Below are positions 51,021 to 63,724 of a DNA stretch of 64,000 bases, piece by piece; within the stretch, counting starts at the first letter, position 1, and each line of letters begins with the position of its first letter. The position numbers were made by a program, and so were the translations under genes. Source of the stretch: Tubiluchus corallicola (Eukaryota; Animalia; Priapulida); contig JAQGDQ010000063.1 of assembly GCA_030141605.1 (NCBI GenBank), forward strand, positions 62,001 to 126,000, in the 5' to 3' direction. Below the pieces are notes generated by a model. It did not search any database, was not told where the DNA came from, and saw nothing but the letters and a program-made list of their open reading frames with translations.

Positions 51021-54000
51021 CACAAGTTTACTGGTAATAATTTATGCAAGGTGTATTAATTTTTCTCCTGTTGTTTTTTCAGCATTTTGTTTCATTTTGA
51101 TGTTCATCTTGCTAATTTGCATTGCAGTCATACCGTTTTTTTTCATATAATGTAGTGCTCATACATATATTACAAAGAACTTCTAGCATCTTACTTTTAG
51201 ACTGCTTATTTTGTAACGATTTCATAAAAAATCAATGCAAAGAAATTAGTTTAGTAGTTCACAATATTAATATTTATTTATCATAGTACTAGTGGCTAAA
51301 AATAACAGCAAGTGAATTTAAATTAGTAGAGGTTTTGGAGTATACTCTCTGACTTAATTCAAGAACAAAGTCTAGTATAGGTACTTGCAGCAACTACACA
51401 TTTGCATAGAACTCAGCTCCATATGTATTTTTATTTTGCATCAATTAACTCGAACTCTTCAGTCATACTTTATTAAGTCTTTTATAGTTGTAGATATGAA
51501 ATTGTTTTAGTAAAAGCAGTTTAACCTTATTTTAATTAAATTATACTTCACTAATTCACTAATTGTACTACGAAGAGTGACTGTAACTATGTACATAAAT
51601 TTGTAAAGGTATCATTAAATTGCTTATTACAAACATTGTTGCTTTATACTGTTTTTCCTGTTTTGATAAGGATACCATGTCAAAATTTTGTCAATATCAT
51701 ATGCAAATGTACTCCACAAAAACTAAGCTACTATCTTCAAATGAGCCAAATTTATTTAATTCGGAACACCAAACTTACACGATTGTGTACAAAATGTGAA
51801 CATGGATTTACAAAGAAAATGACAGAAATAAAAACAAAATTTTATGTACTTTGCTGGTTTACATTATTTAAAATAAAAAATTATTGTACATTAACAAATG
51901 GCATTTACATAATACGGCCAGAAACGAACACCATGAAATGGAAACAAATAGTTTCTTTGTGACTCCAGCAAGCACATGAACAGAGTACCAGGAAAATAAA
52001 ACACTAAGTATGCTTACATAAGCTTATAAATGTACAAGCTTGCATAATATTTCACCGTAGACCATGCCAGGCAAGTTTTCTAGGTGACATGACCATGACA
52101 AATAAATTCACTTACTGCAAGTACCTGCTGCTCACATATTTGCTACTCATACTTGAATTAAACAATGGAATCCGGTAAATGAACGCATCACACTGAGTCA
52201 TAAAATATAATCCTTCTACTTAATCAAACAAGAAGCTGCTGAGTTTCAAAAATCATATTTCAGAAAAATTTTCTTCGTTGTTTTAATACTATGTAAACGA
52301 AACAAACATGTAATTTTAATGTTGTAACTGTAATTTTAAATAACCAAACATACAAAAAATTATGCATAAACTTTGAATCTGGTGTTGAACGGCCTCTTCT
52401 TAATTGCAACTTTCTCATGGAGAGACAACTGAAAACTTAAGCTGCTTGAAATTCACAGTCACAGAACTTATTTTTTGGGCATACCGATACACGGCTTTTA
52501 AGCACTGATAACACGATGTGTGAGAGACAGTGCTCTCTCTACCTCAGACAGGTGCACATAGCCGCATACGCACAACAGCCAAACACCATGTTGCTGGAGT
52601 TGCGAGCGCACAATGCTGGACCTGTGAAGAGCTCAGTTCTGTCATGTGCTCTGGTTCCGTACAAGTATAAAGAAAAAGACTCATATTGAGTATTATCGAT
52701 AATATCGAGTGAAAATAGAAGACCATGGTGCCTATGCACTGAGAAACCATAGTTTTCAAATGCCTTGTTTCACAAATGGTATTTTTCTAGAAAATTAAAG
52801 CTTAAAACATTAAAAATAATCGTTTAGTACGAACATTGAACCAGCAACCTATTCAATTGACCAGCCGCAAAAGTTTCTTAAATTCACTGACATGATACAC
52901 AATGTACAGCCATCGAGGACATTGTCATAACAAAAATACTCCAAGCTTGTTTATTTAGCTACAGTATATGACTGCTCAGGGGGTGTCGTATAAACTTTTT
53001 TTAATATAGCGTATGTCAATACAGCAAAGTAGTCAAAGATATAACTTAGGTTTAGTGGCCAACGGAAGCGTACGCTAGCGTTTCTTGTGTATTTATGCAC
53101 AGGACGCGACTACACCACACCACTGGTATTTGCGCGACCATGAAATATTTCCAATGGCTGTGGGCTAACATGGGTCTAACGGTGAAATACTTCAATTTGT
53201 GTAAGAATCACCCATACCAAATTTCATATTTGTTAAAAACAGAACAATTGTGTGAATACAGTATTTTGTTTTTGAAAAGATTGTTCCTCTGATTGCCAAC
53301 TATAACTGTTGTGTATAGAAGTTGATATAAGATTTAGCCCGTTAATTTTGCAAGTTCCTGGTTGAAAATCTGTATCGATTCTGGTACTAATTGTTATGCA
53401 CATAAAGGAATAGATGCAGCGGTCGTGGGGATATACTAACTTTGCTATGTACACTAACTTGACTGCAATTTCACTCAATATATAACAATAGCTGACAAAG
53501 TTAAGAAAAACTAATGAAAAAGCATGGAACTAAAATCAACAGATGTTTTATATGAACTGTAAGGCAGTTATACCGGATAATACAGATACTTCTATTATTA
53601 AAATACAATGACTTACTGTAAAGTGCAAACACTGGATGCTAAAACATCGAAATAAAATAATTTACAAATTAAAATACCACGAGAATTAAATCTACACCCT
53701 AAATTTCAGTTTAAAACAGATTCTGCATTCTTCCAGATTTGTTGTGCTTCAGAACAAGGGAATTGGTAGAAGAGTGTGGCAATCCTTAATGGCACAAACA
53801 AATTGGCTACACATTAGATGTCATTTTGAGTGTTAGCAAAGACTGGTGTTTACTCAATTGCTAATTGCTGTACAAGCTGTAAATGCGGCAGTAATTTTCT
53901 TAGTGTGACATGTTATTGGGTGCTAAAGTCATTTTAAAACTTTATTGTAGGTTATTAACTGATATTTCCAAAAGCAACAGCTACAGCAAAGTTGTGTTTG

Positions 54001-54274
54001 CTGTAGCTTCACACTTGGAGATTATTCTAACAACTGACAACCAATAGGTAATAAGTATTTTCAAAATGGTGTTCCTGCAAATCTACCAACTCAGTGCTTT
54101 GAAGTTATTAAAAGAATGCTGCCACATAACAAGAGACAAAAATAAAGACTGTAACTGCAGGAAAGTACACTTAGATTGACTTCTAACTTTTCTTGCTTAC
54201 AAGAGAGGAAATAATTAAGTTTTTTTCAACCTTATTTAACTAATAGTTGCTGCAGAGGAATCAGCTGGTGTTAA

Positions 54275-57200
54275 TCAAGATATCACCTGAAACAAAACAC
54301 AATTGTGAAATTAGTTTAAATAATAATCAAGTTTGTTAACCACTTCTAACAAATTCAAACAGAGGTCTCAAGAATGAGAAGGTTTTTTTGTAATTAAATA
54401 TTACAATGTCAAGATTATCTGCAATTATATTTTGATGCCAAACGTGACTGACAAAAAATGTGAAAAAGTTGAGAGATAAAGCTTGGATTCGAAGATCACT
54501 GGTTTAGATCCAGGATGTATTCCAACATTTTCAAATTTCCTGTCTCTCAAAATATACCGTCAAACTTTAATTAATTTAAGTACATTCAGCTCTTTGCAGA
54601 GGTGTATTAACCAATAGGATATTTTGGGCCTATACTTTGTTAATTTTTTTGCTCTTATATGTCGCAAATGCGTATCCTTTAAGATTTTCAAATAAAGCGC
54701 AAATGTTGCATGATTAGCAGTTAGTAGCTTCAGTCAAACAGCATTCGTTAAGGTCATGGAAAGGGCATAGTGTACTGCTTTTAAAATACAGAATAAAACA
54801 ATTCAGGTAGCATGGGACAAGCTGGCATGCATGGGTGTTATAACAAATGTACAGCAGGCAGCTTATAAAAAATGACCACCCGTATGCTTGCAAATTATTC
54901 TGTTGTGCGTAGCCGTGTGATTATTACAGTATAAGTAAAATTAGTGAGTTATGAGTGAATTAAAAAAAGCCAAGTGGCGCACAGTATAGACGATTAGCTA
55001 AAGGAAAGTGCGAGGAACAAAAAACACTATGGAAATACATTCCAAAACTAGATTCACTTTTTGAACCAGATGATAAAAAACAAAAATTACAAAATGTAAG
55101 AACATTGTGCTAAAAGTCACGAGACAATCAATGACCAAATTCAGTGTTTCTGTGATATCTGTGATTGATTCAAAAGTGTATCTGTGATAGATTCACAGAA
55201 GAACAGACTGAACAAGCACAGAGTGTAGAATTTTATCATGATTCGTGTGACTCTGACCCATGTAACTGGGTTAAGTGATTATTTGTCAAAAAGTAGCTCA
55301 AAATGGGGTACAGCAAAATAAAAATTGCGATTTCAGTGGTTGTTGAAGAACTTTGAATGATACAAAATGCTATCTTTCTAAAAGGCAGAACGAAAGTGGC
55401 TAGTGCACTCGCCATCAACTGGCTTAGTTTACTGTGCACCATGCCAATTATTTGATGTAGACAATGCATTTTCCAATGGCTTCAATGACTTTAAAAAAAT
55501 AATTTTACAAAAGTAGAAGACCAGGTGTGGCATCAAAAATGTGTGATGTCATAATTATGTTAAACAGCCGAGTGAAAAGGATTGACAAGTGAATTATTAC
55601 ACAACTGCAAGAATAAACAAGCTATTGGAAAAATGACTTAAATGTGTCGTGGTGACTATAAAGTTCTTAACATCAAGGGAATAGTATTACATGGACATAA
55701 CGAAATATTTGGTCCACCAGGGAATGGTAATTTCATGGGCTGTTTAGAGTTACTAGCAAAGTTTGATCCATTTATGCCAATCATATTGTGAGATGTGGCA
55801 ACGCTTGGAAGGGTATCCTATTTATCGAACACGGCTCGTGATGATTTTATTTTGCAAATGGCTCAACAACCTCAGGAGAAGCTGAAGCAGGAGAAACATT
55901 ATTCCATCAGTGTGGACTCTACGCCAGACATTACTCACTTTGGCCAGTTAACATTCATAGTTCGTTATGTTCCTCAAGACGATGATGGAACACCTGTTGA
56001 ACGATTTCTTACTTCTTACTTCAAACATCAGCCATAAAGGAGAACAGTTGCTGAAGCTGTTTTACAGACGTTAGACAAATTTCATGTAGATTTTGGAAAC
56101 TCTCATGGACAAAGCTATGGTCATGCTAGCAACATGTCTGGACTGCAAGCCATGTTACAAGAAATAAATCCTCTGAATGGGCTGAGTAAGGTTTACGTAC
56201 CTTGCTCAGCCCATTCCCTAAATCTAGTCGGGGTATCTGCTGTAGATTGTTATCGTTTGGCTTCTATTTTTTAACACTGTGCAGCAACTTTTTAACTTCT
56301 GTCAGCATCAAACAATCGTTGGCAGATTTCATTAGCACAACTGGAGCATGGCGCATTGGAATTTGTCAGTTACTTGCTGGAGTGCCAAGGCTAATGCCAG
56401 TAAGGCCCTGTATACATCCTATAAAGATATTTTAAGAACCTTGCAATTGGTAGAAGATGATATTTCAGAAAAAGAGCAACTATGGCAGAAGCAGGTGAAT
56501 TAAAACAAAAACTACAACAGTTGGAAATTGTGATCATGATATGCCTTTGCTACAAGATTCTGGGTAGGTAGCATCAAACAAGCAAAAAACTGCTAAGCCC
56601 TGACGTTGACTTAGGAACAATGGTATTTCTCTATAGCTCTCTGAGTGGCTATTTAGCATCTATTAGAAGAGACTTTGACACTTTTGAATCTGAAGTGATA
56701 ACTCTCAGTGGAATAACTGATTACAAAACTGAGGGTGGAGAAGCCAAAAGTGAAGTTAAAAGAAAGACACAGTATGAAGAAACTACTGCCAATGAGATAG
56801 AGTTCTCAGGGACAAATTCAGAATAGAAACATTCCTTTTAGTAACTGACAAACAGCAGGATAGTTTGAAAAGGCAACAACATGCTTATCATTTGAGTGCT
56901 ATGGTTTTTTTGCCAATTTGAAAGTCATGCGTGCCGACAAAGTCCGCGGGAATGCCAAAGCATTAGTTACTGGTGACAAAAAGATTTCGAAGCTGCCTTG
57001 AAAGAGGAATGCATTCAGTTACATCAATTAATAAACAATTTGGAAGAAGAGATTTCTTCAGTTAGCAAGATATTAAAGCTTATTAGACAGCTTGACATCA
57101 CCAGTGTTTTTCCAAATGTGGAAATTGCGCTACATGTTTTTGTATGCACAGCAGTCAGCAATTGCAGCGGTGAATGCTCATTTTCTGCTTTAAGGAGAGT

Positions 57201-60200
57201 AAAAAATTACTTGCGATCAACTTTGACAGCATAAAAATTAAGCTCTCTTGTTTTGCTGAATATAGAGACAAACGTTTGGCAAAATTTAGATGGCACAGAT
57301 GTTATAAATAGATTTGCACAGGAAAAAATTTGTTTAATTAACCTGTAATTCACCTAAATGATGTAACAAAACAAATTTTACACAAAACAGTTTGGGTGTC
57401 GACTTTTGCAATGTCTAATATTTGTAGCGAAATTTCCTTATTAGGCAGTGTAAACAGCTAAATCAAGTTTCTTTGGGACTTTTGTGACGTTATAATATTG
57501 CAGCAATTCGATGAATTAGCATTGTAGATTGGAAAACGATTAACATTAGCAACGTACCAAGTTCTTGTATTATCTGATTAAAAGCGTATAAAAACTAACA
57601 AATTCTTCTTTCTTATTTTTCTTGAAGTTTGCCAAAAATTTTGGATACTCAATTGTAGATCCAGTTAATCTCCAAATTATACTTGGTATAGCAGTTAATC
57701 ACCATAAGCAGCTACTGAGTTTGTTTTATATAAGCGCTGCATATGGAAAGCATAGTTTGCACTACTATTAGCATATGAAAGGTACCACGTCACAAGCAAC
57801 TGCGCAGCCTGCGCCAATATAAGCGTAATACAATTGTATGTAATTAACAATAACTATGTAGGTACCAGTATGTCCAATACACCACAAGCAATTGCAATGT
57901 AATTAACAATAACTATGTACGTACCAGTATGTCCAATACACCACAAGCAATTGCACACTACTGTCGTACATAAGTAACTGGCAATGGGCAGAATTTGTGT
58001 ACCAGCCTAGGATGCCAGAATGTCTTAATATTCCCTTAGCTTTTTGTTACCATTGTATTTGTGGAAAACAGATTTCGACAACGTTAAAAATAATCTAAAC
58101 AATTACCTCTTTAACAACAGATTTTATGAAGTCTTTTCTATCTGTTACGTCAAAATCTGGATACAGTGCATAAACCTAGAGAACAGAAAAAATGTAAAAC
58201 ATTGCAACTTTTTTACATGGTTTACTATCCACTTCTTCCTTCAAATTTGTGCATTTGCATTAATTACAGCACTACTGGATAAGCATAACATCAAATTTAT
58301 GTGAGATTTATTAGCCTTCCATACACATATGTACACGTACTACTTTTACACTTCTGCAACATTATATGTGTTGATTAACACTTAATTTAAGTACTGTTAC
58401 ATCTGAGTTTTGACCACGGTAATCTGAAAAATGAATTTGAATTCATTTAAAGTTCAAAAACATTTCCGATCTGGGACTCCTTGTTGGTTCTGAACACTAG
58501 TTTAACAATCAAGTAACCGTAAAATCAACTCTGACACAGTTATGCTATCAGACTTTTTGTCAATGTCAATAACAGCTCTAAAAGAAAAAAAAAAAGGAAA
58601 ACTAACTAGCAGCATGCAACATTCATAAATATGTTTTGTGAATTATGTAAGAGCAATGATTTTAATAATAACGAGAATCAATCAAGAAAAAATCAAACCT
58701 GTTTACAAACAGTTTTCATTGTGACCTCCTCCAAGTTTGCTCCTGCTAGTATCTTTTTTACAGCTTCTTTGATTTCCTCATTCTAAAAAAAACATAAAAG
58801 ACGTAGTAAGTACAAACAAAGTAAAAAACAGTTTTACTTACAGTCAGAACAGAATTTAAGGCTGCTAAGTTCAAAAACAACAGGCGAATTTCATGCCACA
58901 AGCACAACATATGTAAAAACGTGTCTCTAAGGTCTGCGTTAGAGTAGTAAAAACTTCTGAAAACAAGTGGTGTTCACAACAATAGCTATCAACACAACAC
59001 CACTTTTAGAAATTGATAAGCTTGCAGCTTTTGAAAAAGCTGAAAAGAATTTTTATAGTTCACACAAAATAATTTATCAATTTATTTTAGGCCACAAAGA
59101 GTTAATAAGTTCTTTGGGGCTGGGATATTCTTTAAGTAGTGAGTACACTTAAAAAAGAATACAAAGCATTTCATTCTGCAATTATTTGCAAAAAGTGTAA
59201 CGAAAATGCGATAAACTCAGCATGGAGAACACAAACAGTGTGCTCATTAAAATGTTAAGCATTTAAAAACATGGCAATCACAATAATTGTTCAGATTAGA
59301 TTAAAGTACACACTTTGAAGATGCATCAAATTTACCTGTAATACCAAAAAATGTTGCATGTTTCCCTGGACAGAGTATTCATATGTAAGTATTGCACACA
59401 TTTTCAACAAACATTTACTTAAATCGAACAAAACTGGCTCATGCAGACCGCATTAACCAAGTAATTTTATGCATATAAATCATTATTCTAGTTATACAGT
59501 TTACACAAAGTTTAATGACTACGATGTCCACTACCACCACACAACAACAAACTGTTTGCATGCATTAAATTCAGAATCTCTGCTATTTTTGCAATGTCCC
59601 AATCAAAAATAAAAACAGGCATGTACCAGATCCAGATCCCGAGATCCAGTAATTTCAATGGATTCAGATCTACTGTTCATCGAATTTTGCACTGTTCGCA
59701 TTTCTATTTTTCTATGTGTAAAACTACCTACTGCGCATGGATTGTGGAAAAAAATTAGAGCGGGTAAGAAAAAATAACAGTTTAATTACCCAAATGCCGC
59801 AATGCTTGTAGCGCAAGGGATATCAGCAATCTTCACGCTGTGGCTCATTGCAGCAAGTGCTGCACAAAGGTAATGCTTTTGTAGCAAAAATGTCTGCTAA
59901 AATTTAGAACCACCTACTTCCAATAAAAGCACATTTTTAGCATTTTTTTAGTTTAAACCAAGCACAGATAAAGTGTTGAAAATTACAGTACATCAACGTT
60001 TGCAGTGTTTTCGCTTAAAGTTAATTAACGAACCTGAAAATAGACAGGTGATGCCATCACATGAACAAAAGGTAAAACAAATCGTTTACACTAATTTGTA
60101 GATCCAGAACTGGCAAAACTTCATCCGATGCATCCCTAATAACAACTTATAAATTTTTTTTTTGCAAAGACAACTAATAGTCTAGCAGAGTATTCAACGT

Positions 60201-62850
60201 CGCCAAATTCTGCACAAACTGCTAATTGCTAAATAATAGTTTGTCAGCAACAAGATGAACGAAGCATTTCCTATAACTGGTCACTTTTGAGGAGTCACTC
60301 ATCCGAAAGACCTACCAGCTCCAACATGCGACCCAGGAATTCTTAAAATCTCGACTCTTTAGTACCTGGGTTTCAGCCAGAAGTATTTTAATCTACTAAT
60401 CGTGGTTTCTTCTTACTTCAAGAAAGATCTTACGTTGTTTTAAAAGCTGGAGTCTGTGGCATTACCATGACTCTTTGCAAAATTGATTAACTTCTCTACT
60501 CAGACTCAAATTTCACAACCATTTTTGTATTCAAAGCCACTTGAAAAAAATTCGAGCGTTATAGGCAATAAAACGAAGTTGGACACAAATCTATAGCTTT
60601 AATACACTTGCAGCTGGAGCTTTATTAGTTGGACACAAATCTATAGCTTTAACACACTTACAGCAGGAGTTTTGCTAGTTTGACACGAAGTCTTCAGCTT
60701 TAGTACACATACAGCCAGAGCTTTGTTAGTTGGACACAAAGTCTACAGCTTTAATACACTTATAGCAGACTTTTGTTAGTTGGATACAAAGACTATAGTT
60801 TTAATACACTTACAGCCGGAGCTTTGTTAGTTGGACACAAAACAGGAGTTTTGTTAGTTGGACACAAAGACTATAGTTTTAATACACTGACAGCCGGAGC
60901 TTTGTTAGTTGGACACAAAGTCTATAGTTTTAACACAGTTACAGCAGGAGTTTTGTTAACTGGACCCAAAGTCTAAATACACTTACAGCAGGAGTTTTGT
61001 TAACTGGACCCAAAGACTATAGCTTTAATACACTTACAGTGGGAGGTTTTTTCACTTTCTTCACAAGTGGTTCATCATCCGAGTCCGATGACTCTGACAA
61101 CTCGACTGTTGAAAAAAAACTAAATTATGACTAAATAATTTGTAGTTTCAACTGTGTAATGATGCAACAGTCGATTCAACAGTAACAGCTCTCAGTTACT
61201 GCTTAAGACAAAAGCAGCACCATAGAAACATATTACTTCGTATGTTTCCTTGCATAGTTACAATAATTAATACAAGATATCATCTACTGCAAGTTGGCAA
61301 ATCTACAGCTTTGTAATAAAAAAGGTGTAATACTAAGTGATGTCTACTACAATATCAAATTCACCTCAAAAGCAATGGGGACAACCAACTTTCAACAAAA
61401 ATTCCTAATTCGTCATTCAAGCTTCAGCTACAAGTGACACCATTGGCTGAATTGTAATAGAGCTTAACTAGTAAAGTTAAACTAAAAACAGAAATCTAAA
61501 TAAATAACCCCAAATGAGGCTTCAAATGTTAGTTTTTTGGCATTGTCATGTCTCTGAACAAATGTCACCTCCCAAGTTTTTCCAATGCTACAACATGAAT
61601 TTTACAGTAAAATAGAATTAGCTAACATGAAAAGTAAATCGTAAAATGCGTAAAAATCAGGTTAAAATGCGATGTAATACGAAATTAATTTATTTTTTGC
61701 TGAACTTAATCAAAAAAGATTTTATTACTACAGGCACTTAAAAAACATTTATAGTTAAAACACCACAACATTACAAAAATTTTTAATTTACTTCGACAGA
61801 GCTACTGCTGTCATCATTAGTGGCAGATTTTTACAAACATAAAACCTGTTTATTATAGGCGGAGCCTACAGTATAAAGCATTATATAGGTAATAAGCATA
61901 CTTGTAGAAAAGAAATTGAACTACTTTGTACATAGAGAGAAGGCTTGTTAGGGTACATAGATAAACTTTCTTTCATTAATAAGTCCCAGTTATTTGTAGC
62001 TCTGGTCAGAATGCTGAAATTATTAAAATCAGCTTTGTAGCCAAAGGCACAAATATGGTCCTTAATGCTGGATTAAGGAAATTTTTTTAATTTCTTACCA
62101 GTTCTAGACGAAATACCCAAATGTTCACAAATTCTTACTTTAAGGTGTCTGGATGTTTTGCCAGCATAAGCAGCATTGAAGCTGCGGCATTGAAATCTAT
62201 AAACAATACCAGACTACAACAGAAGAATGTGGGTATTTTGTCTTTAAATGGGAAGAAAGAGCCTAAATTATTGCCAGATTTTAACACAATGCGTAGCCGA
62301 ATATGAGGGTACAGTTGTTTCACAATATGACAGATGGTGCCTCAGTCTATTAAAAAAGAGATTAGTCCTAAATCATGTTACCACTGATGATGACAGCAGT
62401 AGCTCTGTCGAAACGTTTGACATGACTTTTTAACTATGTGAATTAAAAGTTTTAATAAAGTTGCGGTGTTTTGACTATAAATGATTTTATAATACATCCA
62501 ATAATGTATACACATCGTTACAAGAAACACACTTCAAAGTACTCTGTATTATCATAAATGAGATTGTGCCTTCCAATAGATAGTGCAACCTGTATAATAT
62601 TTTAAACTTTTGTGGGATTTCAATTAAAAATTAAAAGTACGAACCTTCTCTAGGACAATTCGTTGTTGTTAAAAGTGTATAATTTTTGCAAGAAATTGTT
62701 ATTGCACACTATATACCAATTATACATACTCTTTTTCTTAGGTGGTGTAGCCACCTTTTTCCTTGGAGATTTTGCACTGGATTTTTTTGCAGGCGGCGAC
62801 TTTTTCACTGGCTTCTTTGTTCCACTTTTACTCTTTTTCTGCTTTTTTTC
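54275..62850 (-). CDS. DEK: DEK chromatin protein, 3' part (upstream exons not identified or outside the window)
   Basis: In-phase exons 62850-62730 (EKKQKK...TPPKKK), 61105-61038 (ELSESSDSDDEPLVKKVKKPPT), 58782-58699 (NEEIKEAVKKILAGANLEEVTMKTVCKQ), 58175-58107 (VYALYPDFDVTDRKDFIKSVVKE) and 54286-54275 (VIS*). This matches the DEK C-terminal domain of vertebrate DEK (DDEPLIKKLKKPPT...ANLEEVTMKQICKKVY...RKDFIKTTVKELIS). Confidence 0.93.
55000..57335 (+). pseudogene. hAT transposase pseudogene (ZMYM1-like / DUF4371 + hAT dimerisation domain)
   Basis: Fragments in shifting frames with stops: GNGNFMGCLELLAKFDPF, YSISVDSTPDITHFGQLTFIVRYV, GQSYGHASNMSG, YVPCSAHSLNL, FPNVEIALHVFVCTAVSNCSGECSFSALRRVKNYLRST. 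Boundaries are approximate. Confidence 0.9.
57833..57955. repeat. Tandem duplication, ~59 bp x2, in the hAT subterminal region
   Basis: atgtaattaacaataactatgta(g/c)gtaccagtatgtccaatacaccacaagcaattgca occurs twice. Confidence 0.85.
59616..60138. mobile_element. Degenerate hAT-like MITE
   Basis: Left end caggcatgtacc; reverse complement of right end tagggatgcatc. gatccaga subterminal repeats at both ends. Confidence 0.45.
60578..61037. repeat. 50-51-bp minisatellite (~10 units, two truncated) abutting a DEK exon donor
   Basis: Unit gttggacacaaag(t/a)ctatag(c/t)tttaatacacttacagc(a/c)ggag(c/t)tttgtta starts at ~60578, 60628, 60678, 60729, 60779, 60830, 60857, 60908, 60959 and 61003. Confidence 0.95.
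61740..62490 (-). mobile_element. 5'-truncated Penelope-like retroelement remnant (GIY-YIG region) with inverted pLTRs
   Basis: Minus-strand fragments LGSFFPFKDKIP...SLV, ISSRTGKKL, DFNNFSILTRATNNWDLLMKESL and NKPSLYVQSSS resemble the C-terminus of PLE GIY-YIG endonucleases. Segments ~61740-61825 and ~62380-62490 are inverted homologous copies. Confidence 0.75.
62373..62425 (+). ncRNA. Minimal type I hammerhead ribozyme-like motif (PLE pLTR), probably degenerate
   Basis: Core CTGATGA (62384-62390), extra T, stem II GACAG/CTGTC, GAAA (62410-62413), palindromic AACGTT. Flanking TCATGTTA/TGACATGA can form stem I with a 3-nt offset. Confidence 0.55.
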
Positions 62851-63724
62851 CTGAAACACCATCTTTCCATTTAAGAACATTTAAGAAATTCTGATAATAC
62901 AAATAAGCAAATGAAGATTAATAAGAAAATTATACTTTGTGTGACACAGTTTCAATGTAGCAAATCATCAATGGCTTAGTTGGCAGATCACATGCATTGT
63001 AAGTAGAAGACCCCAGGTGTAACTACACAACATAAATTGTTTAACTTTTCTCCACTTACTGTTCAAAATGAAGGCTTATTTTCTGCCCTTATTAACAGAA
63101 TTTTAACAAATGGCACTCTACACAAAATCTGAGCGACTGTGTGTACTCGATTACTCACGTTTGCCTTACTCAAGCTGTTAAGCCCTGAAATAATTCTTGT
63201 GGTTATTAGAATAAGTAATTTTCATTAATTCCTAACCTCTAAGGACCAACTTATTTTTCAGATGAACTTACTAAGTCTGTTAATCTTCTGTTGCTTGTAA
63301 GAAACTTTCCCAAGGTTAGCTAATTACCCGTTACTCAAAGTAACAAAGTGTTTACCTACTTGACAACTCTTCTTGATCAATGAATAGTAAATACACTAGA
63401 CAACGCTTAATACATGCATTCTAGGATGAAAGCGTTTTGGCCCAATTAACTGACTTGAATCAATTATTGTGCAGCATATTAGTACTAAAGAAGTGCGACT
63501 CATCACTTATTACTTTAGTATGCATTGCAAAGGCTTTAAATGGATTTTAGAAACGAATTAATGTCAAAATTCCTATGTGCAATTATTTAAGAATACTAAT
63601 TTACATAAGTGAATTAAGAAAAAGAGAAAATAAAAAAATCGTACAAATCTGATCATTACCACTAAAAATTATAAATTTCTTCATGAAGAACTTGGTAAAA
63701 CGTTAAAAATATGTTGCTGTATGT

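Larger units (their letters stand above)
54597..58038 (+). mobile_element. Decayed full-length hAT DNA transposon in the last DEK intron
   Basis: Degenerate TIRs: left cagaggtgtattaa, reverse complement of right taagggaatattaa. 8-bp TSD gctctttg (54589-54596) / gctttttg (58039-58046). Internal transposase remnants. Confidence 0.8.

Noticed and set aside
55795-57234. Domesticated ZMYM1-like gene
   Set aside because: Multiple stops and frameshifts, and it is enclosed by TIRs and a TSD. It is a dead transposase.
60578-61037. Regularly spaced repeats as a CRISPR-like array
   Set aside because: Units are contiguous with no unique spacers, there are no cas genes, and the context is a eukaryotic intron. 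It is a minisatellite.
62650-62880. Histone H1 or protamine-like gene
   Set aside because: The Lys/SP-rich stretch is bounded by splice sites and joins in phase to the DEK exons. There is no H1 globular domain.
62970-63030. tRNA gene (A-box TGGCTTAGTTGG)
   Set aside because: No intact B-box or cloverleaf. At most a decayed SINE head.
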